A stretch of DNA of 64,000 nt from Eledone cirrhosa (Eukaryota): NCBI GenBank assembly GCA_964016885.1, contig CAXHJY010000264.1, positions 124,001-188,000 on the forward strand, given 5' to 3'. Each line of letters starts with the position of its first letter. Positions within the stretch are counted from its first letter, which is position 1. Shown here one piece after another: positions 45,614-60,180 of this stretch. Under the pieces are notes generated by a model. It saw only the letters and a program-made list of their open reading frames with translations, had not been told where the DNA came from and did not search any database. A program made the position numbers and the translations under genes.

Positions 45614-45957
45614 CTAAGGCGGGTAAAATTCCCGAGATCCATGGACGAGTTCTCTCCAGCGGTCTCTGTCCCTCATTATCGCTGCCATGTCCTGCATCTC
45701 CAACAGTCCAGTGTCTGTCCTTAGGGCATCAACATATGTTAACCTTGGTCTTCCTCTTCTAGTGTGTCCATGTAGGGGCTCCCAAATGAGCACTGAGTGC
45801 AATGTCAACTCTGGATGTCGGTGAGCATGTCCAGCCAACCTCAGTCTCCTCTGTGTCACTTTTGAGCTGACTTTTGGGATGCTCCCATACAGCTCTGAGT
45901 TTTTCATCCTCAGTGTATACTGATTAATGTTCAGAGCCATCCTCAGCATTCTCGTGT
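45614..45957 (-). mobile_element. 3' fragment of a distinct RTE-group LINE (family D)
   Basis: TRMLRMALN...LYG...RRLRLAGH...WEP.HG...RGRP..TY.D.L..DTGL...DRDRWR, a typical RTE-group C-terminus. The stop codon abuts (TA)n. Confidence 0.85.
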
Positions 45958-47172
<1,215 letters not shown>

Positions 47173-47174
<2 letters not shown>

Positions 47175-48090
47175 CATCATCATCATCATCATCATCAACG
47201 TTTAACGTCCGTGTTCCACGCTTGCATGGGTTTGGACGGGGGTAGTCCCACTTGAGGCAAGAGTGATTGTCTTGCTCGCATAGGACTGTCTGGCAGGTTT
47301 TCTACAGTTGGATGCCCTTCCTAACACCAACCACATTTACAGTGTGGGTCTGGGAGGTTTTTACCGTGTTGCCTACACGGCCACATTACAGCGTGGACTG
47401 TGTGTTTTTTTGTCGTGACACCTACACGATCTCATTTGTTTCGGCCTCGATGGCGCGGCACCAACATAACTTTACATAGAACGGGGTGGTGTGGATCGGG
47501 TGGGGGTGGTGGTGGTGGGACGGGGTGTATTTTGTTAGAGATGCCTACTGGCTGGAGTAGGTTTTACTATATATTTAGGTAAGGCGGGTCTTCTCTGTTA
47601 CTGAGTACCGCCAAAGGTCTCGGTCCAGTGACATTGTCTTGGAGAGGTGTAAGTGTGTGATGTCGGAGTTTATCAGCTCGTCCCAGGTTTTTCTAGGTCT
47701 GCCTATTCCGTGACTACCGTCTATCTTTATTGCCCTGCACTTTGTTATACAGCTATCGACTTTCATGCGCATCACGTGTCCATACCAACGTAGCCTTCTC
47801 TCGAGTAAACAACATCTGATCCCTCTTATCTCTAATTTTTTCCTTAGTTCGTTTATGCTTTGCCGTTCACGTATATTACTGTTACACATCCAGCGGAGCA
47901 TGCAAGCTTCGTTCCTCTCTAGTCTGCGTATATCCTCTGCACACAATGCCCAGGTCTCACTGCCATGCAGCATTGCTGTTCGTATGCAGGCATCGTACAA
48001 CCTGCCTTTCATTTTTAGTGAGAACCCTTTAGCAGCTAATAGTGGTATAAGCTCTCTGAACTTTTTCCAACCAGTTCTGACTCTAGCTAC
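47173..48090 (-). mobile_element. 5'-truncated RTE family A copy with complete 3' UTR and (GAT)n tail
   Basis: [14 protein letters not shown]...EKTRLT. Nearly identical to the 44925-45433 region. (ATC)n at 47173-47196. Confidence 0.93.
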
Positions 48091-51332
<3,242 letters not shown>

Positions 51333-51533
51333 TTAGTTATACTATTTATGGTTATGTAAACACAAAACCTTAAGCAGTTGTAAGTATTTTACACACACCC
51401 TAAATAGTGGTAGGCAGTAATGTATTACTACCTTATTACCAGTAAGTTAAGTAGCTCAATGTAAAAACATCAGATGATTTACAGAGCAGTTATATGAAAT
51501 ATAAGAATCAAAGAACTGTTCAAAACATTATTG

Positions 51534-51580
51534 TGCTTACAGCTGTTTCCTCCAAACCGAGGTTTGGATTCTTCGGAGCA
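51534..51580 (-). ncRNA. Minimal type I hammerhead ribozyme (Penelope-type)
   Basis: Minus strand reads TGCT-CCGAAGA-A-TCCAAACC-TC-GGTTTGGA-G-GAAA-CAGCTG-TA^-AGCA. Stem I TGCT/AGCA, long stem II, palindromic stem III ACAGCTGT, GUA cleavage triplet. Core has U4C and the stem II closing pair is mismatched. Confidence 0.8.
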
Positions 51581-51649
51581 ATTTATTAATGCATGGACAG
51601 TTATATGACCTCCTTTTCAGCCGAGAGACATACCAATACATACCATTTT

Positions 51650-51753
51650 ATATTTCATATATTTCATATATTTCATATATTTCATATATATATGTATGTG
51701 TATATATATATATATATATATGTATGTGTATATATATATATATATATGTATGT

Positions 51754-51785
<32 letters not shown>

Positions 51786-51802
51786 ATATATATATATATA
51801 TG

Positions 51803-51853
<51 letters not shown>

Positions 51854-51898
51854 ATATATATATGTATATATATATATATATATATGTATGTGTATATA

Positions 51899-51937
<39 letters not shown>

Positions 51938-51948
51938 ATATATATATG

Positions 51949-51979
<31 letters not shown>

Positions 51980-51995
51980 GTATATATATATATAT

Positions 51996-52035
<40 letters not shown>

Positions 52036-52092
52036 ATATATATATATATATATATGTATGTGTATATATATATATATATGTATGTGTATATA

Positions 52093-52145
<53 letters not shown>

Positions 52146-52174
52146 ATATATATATGTATATATATATGTATATG

Positions 52175-52205
<31 letters not shown>

Positions 52206-52224
52206 GTATATGTATATATATATG

Positions 52225-52323
<99 letters not shown>

Positions 52324-52377
52324 ATATATATATATATATATGTATGTGTATATATATATATATATATATATGTGTAA

Positions 52378-52429
<52 letters not shown>

Positions 52430-52445
52430 TTGTGTGTGTGTATGG
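51650..52445. repeat. (TA)n/TATGTG compound microsatellite preceded by (ATATTTCAT)n
   Basis: Direct inspection. Confidence 0.95.
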
Positions 52446-53199
52446 ATTTATGTATGAACGTGATACAAACATTTAAAAAAAAAATTTTTTTAATTAAATT
52501 ATATAATTTAACAACAGTAATAATAATAATTTGTAAATAAATGAACAAATAAAATATAAGATAACAGCGACATTGCAGAAACGAACTCATTTCTTATAGT
52601 CAAAATAGAAAGTGGCTTGTATTGATTGATATGTATGAGGGAAAGAGTGATGCATATATATAAATATATGTGTGTGTGTAGATGAATATATATAGAGAGA
52701 GAGAAAAAAAGAGAGAGGTGAGAATAACAAGATCTAAGGTGGAAAAAGAAAAAAAAAACAATAAAACACAGACTCCTCAATTAATACATAATTAATGAAA
52801 GAAACAAATACAATTAAAGGAAGAGTAAAAATACGATTAATAGAAGAAAATATATATGTATAGACGTACCATGATAAATGAAGTCGGTTATTGTTAGAGG
52901 ATATACAAAGAATGATGTTACTATAATAATTGTGTTGTTTTGTTCATCACACAGACATTAGCTAAATGAATGTAAGGTTTCGACGACCATATAATCTCAC
53001 CTTCGCTACGTTGCTGAGTGTTTGTGAATGTGTGTGTATACATGTATGTACCGGAGCAACGTGTGTGCCTGTGTATGTATGATATACATATTAATACCAC
53101 AGTACGGGAATGTGTCACAAGTTTATGTGGTGGGTTTTATAAATGAAGAGAGTTATCTCCCTTGTCTGGTACTGTCAACAACAGCAGTAGCAGCAATGA

Positions 53200-53545
53200 C
53201 CCAGCGAGGGGTGGAGCCTTTATGTGGTCACTCAATGTGCTAGAAATAGCAGCCAAATATCCCTAACATGACACACCAATCGCCGTCTTATAATAAGACT
53301 GTGCATTAAATAATATTGTCCTACAGCAACAATGGCCTAATGGGGAAACCCTTTAAGTGATTATTTAGTGTGCTAAAATAGCAGCCAGATATCACACACC
53401 AGCCGCAGTTTTATAACGACAGAACGGATTATATAGTGTAGAGCATATACATGACAGAGTGTTCACGGCTGGAAAGCTTCGATCACATATTTGCTCGGTC
53501 AGGATTAACCTGGAATTGTGCAACAACAATAACAAGAGCAACGAC
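53200..53545 (+). mobile_element. Degenerate SINE-like remnant with an internal ~133-bp duplication and an (AAC)n-like tail
   Basis: TGTGCTA(G)AAATAGCAGCCA occurs at ~53237 and ~53369. The 3' part reads GCTCGGTCAGGATTAACCTGG..CAACAACAATAAC. Confidence 0.5.
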
Positions 53546-53835
53546 AGCGGCATCCATAGGACTAGCAGTCGCATAGGCTCTTCTCTCAGTATATATCTAT
53601 ATCTGTACTGCGGTGAACAAACTGTTGCTATTTATTGCTTAATCGTCTTGGTGATGGTGTTGCTAGAACTGATCGCTCAAGTAAAATCCTATAAACCTTC
53701 TCTATATTAAAGTGAAAGTAAAGTATCCGAAAATAAAAGCGAAAATACGAATGTGAGATAAACAATACTGCGAAAGAAGTGAATGTAAAAACCAATTATA
53801 TATATATGAAACATACATGTAAGTTAACTGAATAA

Positions 53836-53873
<38 letters not shown>

Positions 53874-53930
53874 GTATTTTTATATAAATATTAATATAGT
53901 TTATATATATATATAAACTTTATTTATATT

Positions 53931-53990
<60 letters not shown>

Positions 53991-54084
53991 ATTTATATAT
54001 ATATATTTTATATACATATACATATATATATATTTATATATATATATTTTATATACATATATATATATTGAAGCATATTCTATA

Positions 54085-54152
<68 letters not shown>

Positions 54153-54315
54153 AGGGAGTGTAACTTGGAGTTACTGTAAGGTTCACCTTGTTATCTTATA
54201 TATATATATATATAAACTTGAAGACTGCCGACCGGACTAGAAACTGTTAAATATTTGGCCACCTTCTTGTCTCCCGGCCTTTTCAGCTCCATGGATTTTG
54301 TCTATTATATTTCGA

Positions 54316-54373
54316 ATACCTGATGATGTAACCGGATTCATACTGAACCCAGTCATTGAAATGATCATAGTAT
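54316..54373 (+). ncRNA. Type I hammerhead ribozyme motif, copy 1
   Basis: ATAC-CTGATGA-[stem II with TTCA-TAC-TGAA]-GAAA-TGATCA-TA^-GTAT. Palindromic stem III ATGATCAT. AATAAA at 54374-79. The base of stem II is imperfect. Confidence 0.72.
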
Positions 54374-55331
54374 AATAAACCTTTTAAGGAATTACACCAG
54401 TCCAGCCTCCTGTTATTTTATAATAATTAACTCCGTACTCGCACCAGCAACAACGCAAACGAAGACAGATGAGTTGCATTACGTCGAGTGCTCTCCCTAA
54501 TATTACATCGAGGTTGACCACACGGAATGACCAGTTCTATCCAGTGGTGAACCAACAAACCTAAATGAATAAAGCTCCAGGAAATGTCGAGCGTTTCCAG
54601 ATGTAGGAAGGAACAGGGGCCTTGGCACCAGCATACAGCTATCGTCAACATGGGACTAACTGCACACCATTCGGATTTTGGCTGCATTAAGCTATGTCTA
54701 CCACCCTCCCGGACCATGCATTGCTGCTTCCGCCAGGAACACTCAAACTCCGTCAGACCTCACAGATTATTTTAAAAAATCAACATATTCTATTATACCC
54801 TGTCTTGTATTGACTGAATTCTCTATCCTATATTTCAAGGTTTTGGGATTCACATGGAAAATTAAGACTCGAACCTACACTACGTGTCACCTGATACCAC
54901 TCCTACTCTTCCATCCTCTCTATATTTATATATTCTCCAACCGTGTTATCTATTGCTTATTTGCTACACCTTAATCTCTATTTTATTTCTTCTGTATTTT
55001 GATTTCTTCGATATGTTTTTATTTACTTCCATTTTTACTCCCACAATTACCACTCTGGGTATGACTACATTTTATTTATGTATTTATTCACTTTACTCTC
55101 CTTATATACTTATCCTTGTACTCATCTGTTACCTAAAATTAACATACGATCCTAGAATATTACTTTCTGTACCCTTTATATCTGTTTATCTTTAAACACT
55201 CCCCATACCCACTCAGGAATCACATTACATATAACCCGGGCTAACTGGGGACTAAATATAGTATTCTTACCCATTTCATCAGATTTTGCCACTTTTAAAC
55301 TTCACATCACGGGTGTGAATAACTAATAATC

Positions 55332-55533
55332 GTTTGGTGCACTCGATGATCCAACTGATGTGGCGGCTTTCCCGATTGCACGCCAGGCACTCGAGTCGAT
55401 CAGCCTTGCTAGAGTGCTTGGAAAAATAAATTTCCCTTTCTTTCGGTAAACGAAAATACTCGGAACGGTTGTTTCGCCCTGGGGCCCTGTCGGGCTTGGA
55501 ATCCGCCGTGCTACCGGTTATTGACCGCCAAAC
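55332..55533 (+). ncRNA. Unknown ~200-nt structured RNA, copy 1
   Basis: Nested stems GTTTGGTG/CGCCAAAC, TGATC/GGTTA, TGTGGCGG/CCGCCGTG, CCCGAT/GTCGGG, CCAGG/CCTGG, CAGCC/GGTTG, GAGTG/TACTC. Apical hairpins GGAAA-AATAAA-TTTCC and TTTCG-GTAAA-CGAAA. Confidence 0.7.
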
Positions 55534-55635
55534 TGTACCTTTAAATTCTAGGCTTAATCATAACTTTAAAATTTATCATGCCTCCTTCTACTAGCCCTTT
55601 AACTAAATCCCCCACCAGTGTGAATAACTAATAAT

Positions 55636-55834
55636 CGTTTGGTATACACGATGATCAGCCGACGGTAGCGGGCTTCCCGCTAACACCCCGGCAACAGTTA
55701 ACATTCCTGGAGTGCTCGGAAAAAATAAATTTCCCTTTCTTTCGGTAGACGAAAATACTCGGAACGGTTGACACGTCATTGGGCCCCGGGTGGGCTGAGA
55801 GTCCGCAACGACGCTGGTTACAGACCGCCAAACG
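55636..55834 (+). ncRNA. Unknown ~200-nt structured RNA, copy 2
   Basis: Same fold with different stem sequences: CGTTTGGT/GCCAAACG, TGATCAGC/GCTGGTTA, GCGGGCT/AGTCCGC, CCCGCT/GGTGGG, CCCGG/TTGGG, GTTAAC/GTTGAC, TTCC/GGAA, GAGTG/TACTC. Same two apical hairpins. Confidence 0.7.
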
Positions 55835-56320
55835 GGCTTAATCTTAACTTTATATTCTACCCTGAAACTTTATCGTGACTATCAATAATACACTTAACCT
55901 TTTCATAAACTCCTCCGTCTGTAAATTCTTTAACTAAATCTTACTTTTCTAATCTCATCTTAAATGACATCTTTTAATTCTAAACATAAATGTTACCTTT
56001 CTAATCGTTAATCGTAATTTCTGACCCTACAATGACAAATCATTATATATAGCTTTGTTAAAGATATATGGTTTTTGAAAAAATATATTTCTTAGCACTT
56101 CTGACCAACTTCAGTGTAACCTGATCCCACCGCTGGCCTCTCTCCATGACAGGGTGGTTGTAGCGCACTATGAGCTTACGCCCCTTCACCAGAAAGACAT
56201 AAGAAAATTTAGTAGTCCTCACTTGAAGACGGCCGACCGGACTAGAAACTGTTAAATATTTGGCCACCTTCTTGTCTCCCGGCCCTTTCAGCTCCATGGA
56301 TTTTGTCTATTATATTTCGA

Positions 56321-56378
56321 ATACCTGATGATGTAACCGGATTCATACTGAACCCAGTCATTGAAATGATCATAGTAT
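56321..56378 (+). ncRNA. Type I hammerhead ribozyme motif, copy 2
   Basis: Identical to 54316-54373 and exactly 2005 nt downstream. Confidence 0.72.
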
Positions 56379-56566
56379 AATAAACCTTTTAAGGAATTAC
56401 ACCAGTCCAGCCTCCTGTTATTTTATAATAATTAACTCCGTACTCGCACCACCAACAACGCAAACGAAGACAGATCAGTTGCATTACGTCGAGTGCTCTC
56501 CCTAATATTACATCGAGGTTGACCACACGGAATGACCAGTTCTATCCAGTGGTGAACCAACAAACC

Positions 56567-56602
<36 letters not shown>

Positions 56603-56610
56603 AACAAGTA

Positions 56611-56658
56611 GGACCCCGACGGCTGAGCTCAAGCCGTTTCGATGGCTAATTCTTGACT
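56611..56658 (-). ncRNA. 3' half of a hammerhead ribozyme (truncated)
   Basis: Minus strand reads ...AGCCATC-GAAA-CGGCT-TGAGCTC-AGCCG-TC^-GGGGTCC. Stem III and the GUC triplet are perfect. The CTGANGA half is absent and an A/TA tract lies in its place. Confidence 0.5.
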
Positions 56659-56670
56659 AAAAAAAAAAAA

Positions 56671-56742
<72 letters not shown>

Positions 56743-56896
56743 GTGCATACATACGTATATACACACACACACACACATATATATTTATATATATATAATA
56801 ATAATAATAATAATAAATTTGAAGACTAAAATCCAAAGAGGGCTCGATAAGGATAAATATATATCAAATATATAAGAACCGTAGGGCAAATATTTA

Positions 56897-56938
<42 letters not shown>

Positions 56939-57126
56939 ATACGTATGTATGTATGCATGCAATTGTCTGCAATAAATTTCATTAAAGGCATCAATAAGAT
57001 TCACGAATGTATATTGCCTGTATTAAACTTATTTCTTCACATGTTCGTGCAAATACGGACACACACACACACATATGCTCTCACACACACACACACACAG
57101 ACGTGTGTGTATATATATGTGTATAT

Positions 57127-57261
57127 CAGGGCCGTAATAACGCATGGGCACGCTGGGCAGTTGCCCGGGGGCCCCACGAGGAAAGGGGCCCATTTGTATT
57201 TTTATTCCTGGGGACCAGTGCTCTGTTTTGCCCGGGGGCCTATAATGCTGTTAAGACGGCC

Positions 57262-57264
<3 letters not shown>
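57127..57264. mobile_element. 138-bp MITE (hAT-like termini)
   Basis: TIRs CAGGGCCGTAATAAC / GTTAAGACGGCCCTG. Internal TTGCCCGGGGGCC occurs twice. Inserted in TA-rich sequence. Confidence 0.8.
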
Positions 57265-57347
<83 letters not shown>

Positions 57348-57728
57348 TATATATATGTGATTTATTGACAAATAACTGGTACACGGGGTTTTTACTTTCA
57401 CTTTAATTATAGAAGGTTTATAACAATTATCCTCTACCATTTACCACTTGTGCAACAGTTGCGACGTGCAGAGAAGCGAGACAAGTACACCAACGGTTAC
57501 TCAATTGAAGCTCACCACGGAACGTTAAAACGTTAAAAATGTTAAGTATAGTGAATATGTTAAATATTCGTTTTAAGATCATAGACAACTTCCGGTAATT
57601 TCCGTGAGTGAAAATGGTAATTTTATCAACATAATTTCGAAAATCTGTCTTTGCGAAATATTAATCATTAAGAAAGTTAGGATGAAACAAAGTGAGGTGG
57701 TGGTACAAAACTGTAATTATATATATAT

Positions 57729-57981
57729 GAGGAGCGGTGGAAGCATTTTTAAATTGGGGAGGGGGGGGGGGACAAATTTGGTCAATTTAGCTGTAATGAT
57801 TAGTTTAGCTGTTATTATGAAATATCAAACAAGGTATAAAAAAACTTCGTTATGTAATAAACATAGCATGTATATAAATTGTAGCGTGTATACAAATAGA
57901 TGTGTGTTTTGTGGAAGTTTCGGGAGAAAATATAATTATTAGGAGGAGGGTATGCCCTTTCCCCCAGTTCCACCGCCCCTG
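57729..57981. mobile_element. ~250-bp degenerate MITE (hAT-like termini)
   Basis: Left end GAGGAGCGGTGGAA; the right end reverse-complements to CAGGGGCGGTGGAA. Confidence 0.65.
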
Positions 57982-58020
57982 TATGTGTATGTATGTATGT
58001 ATGTATGTATGTATGTATGT

Positions 58021-60140
58021 TCTTCTGGTTTTATAATTTCACAAAGTTTTACCAATAGAGAGAGAGTCGGTTTCTAACATAGACACAAGACTCTCATTGG
58101 AATTTACACAACATCAACTAGGTAGATATGTATGTATGTCTGCATGTGTAGATATGGATGTTATTGTATGTTTTGAGTTGTATGTGTGCATGTGTATATG
58201 CTTTGTATCTGTATATGTTTATATGCAGTTATTAGATGCAACATTTTTGGAATGTTTTACATATTTTTACTATTCCATTAATGGATTGTACTTGTAATTT
58301 CCTAACTAGTTGTCTTCTTTCTGTTCCTGTGAAGCCCAGCTTCTCAAGATTTGTATTGAGGCAGTTACTAACATATCCCAGTGCCCCAATAATCACAGGC
58401 ATAAATCTGAAGGTGTAATCAGGGTGGAGTATCTGCAGATTTCTCATTAGTTCTGCATAAATATTCTCCTTTTCGCTAATCGTTAATATTATATTGGCAT
58501 CTGCTGGGCAGCTAACTTCGACTACGGTGCATGCCTTCTTTTTCCTGTCCCATATCACAATATCTGGTCTGTTATGCCTTCATTTTATTGGGGTTTTTAC
58601 TGGAACATTCCACCAGTACTCTTTCATAATATGTCTAAGGATTTCCTCCACATTGCTGTAGCTTTTAATGTGTTTATTATCGGGGCTATCTTTTTTACGA
58701 ACTGCATTGTACAGTGTTTTGGCCACTACATCATGCCTCATAGGTAGATAGTACCGCGATGACATCTTTGGACAGCTGCTGATGACATGGGTGATATCCT
58801 CGATGTTAGTTCTGCAGAGTCTGCACTTGTTATCACATCTAGGTGTTTTGCCTGCATCCCTATCTCTTTTGTGAATCAGGTATTTCGTGTTAATCTCCTG
58901 TTCTTGGATTGCAAAAGCGTATCCTTCAAAGTGGGAGCCAATATAGCGGTTGTTGGTCCAAGATAGACTACTTTCCTTATCTATATTACTCTCACTCTGG
59001 AGCTTCTTGGCAACATATCCATGCATGATTTTTGCCGATAAGCATGCAGTTTTTCATCCATGGATTCACTGCGATATGCTGAGCGACATCCCTGGGTGAG
59101 AGTTTTTGATTATCACACAGGGAATATCTCTCGAGGAGTTCCTTCCCAACTCTCATGATCTTATCTGTTTCATGCAGATAGACTTGCTCGAGAAACGGGC
59201 TCCTACGCTTCGAGTTTCGTAGATGTTGTCGGAGAGATATGATGAGACATTCAAATGCTGTCTGGATTGATGTTAGGCCTCTGCCTCCCTGCTACATTTC
59301 AAGTAAATCCTATATCCTTTGAGAACGTTGTAACCAGGTCAAGATTTTTCTTCATACCATCCATGTTCTTGGCATAGAGTTTCAGATCGTCCACTAAGAA
59401 ATTATGGGTTAGGTTCGATTTTGTGTCCTCCTGTGAGCCAATGATGTATCCCTCACATTTCTTGAGCAGAAAGAACAAGGGTTTTAATGACAAGATGAAC
59501 AATATCACAGAGAGACTGTCCCCCTGAAATATACCCCTGCAATATTTTATTTTATCAGTGAAAATAGAGTCCTCCCTCTCTGTCTTTAACCTTAGGATAG
59601 TAGTCCCAGAAGAAGACAGCTGCTCTATGGCTCTGACAATAATGTCTGGGACTTTAGCATGTCGGAGGGCCTATATCTTCCAAGAGTGGGGAACAGAATC
59701 GAAAGCTTTCCTGCAGTCCAGCCAGACTGTAGCCACATTCCTCCGACATCGCAGTTTTATTGATTAGGAATTGTTCAGCACACACCCAAACCCTTTTCTT
59801 TCCAGATGCTTGTTCATCTGTGATGATGTTATTATTTTCACGGTGATCTTGGAGGAATGGGTTCAGGCAGGCTGTATACATCTTATACATCAGGTTCTGG
59901 CATGCAATGGGTCGGTAGTTTTTTGCCAAGTGGGTGTCTTTGTTCTTGGGGACCAGTAATGTTTGTGCTAATGTCAACCATTCTGGTATAAGTGTATCTC
60001 CCTTAAGAACTTGTTGGTAGAGGTCAGTAAGATACCTCCGATAGAATATCAGTTTTTTGTACCAGTAGCCGACAATCATGTCTCTTCCTGGTGTTTTCTT
60101 ATCTTGGAGTTTTCCTATCACAGTCTCAAGGGTACCCTCA
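58021..60140 (-). mobile_element. 5'-truncated, decayed R4/Dong-like non-LTR retrotransposon (RT + CCHC + restriction-like endonuclease)
   Basis: KTPGRDMIVGYW, NYRPIACQN, FLVDDLKLY, CRLC..EDITHVISSC, RHD, PDIVIWD..VVEVSCP...KENIY. Frameshifts and an internal deletion. The 3' end abuts (TACA)n. Confidence 0.9.
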
Positions 60141-60180
60141 CATGTATGTATATTATCTCTTTCTCTTAATTTCGAGTATA

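Larger units (their letters stand above)
54216..56571 (+). mobile_element. Non-autonomous Penelope-like/retrozyme-like element: 2005-bp unit with 351-bp direct repeats (54216-54566 and 56221-56571)
   Basis: The repeats differ at only 4 positions that I could find. Each carries a hammerhead motif followed by AATAAA. Both outer ends abut (TA)n. No recognisable protein ORF inside. Confidence 0.8.

Noticed and set aside
54216-54252. Second hammerhead-like motif TTGAAGA...GAAACTGTT at the start of each direct repeat (also 56221-56257)
   Set aside because: The core starts with T rather than C, stem II does not close onto GAAA, and I found no stem I. At best it is a relic.
54427-55195. Short ORFs inside the hammerhead-flanked unit
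   Set aside because: They are 60-100 aa, compositionally biased and show no recognisable domain. A faint resemblance to a GIY-YIG C-terminus near 54580-54660 is too weak to call.
55332-55834. Calling the duplicated structured RNA a C/D snoRNA, 7SL or telomerase RNA
   Set aside because: Box C/D matches are poor (CGATGA; TTGA/CAGA). There are no SRP Alu or helix-8 motifs and no telomeric template.
57585-57605. ETS-like ACTTCCGG as a host promoter
   Set aside because: It is a single short motif with no adjacent exon or gene evidence.
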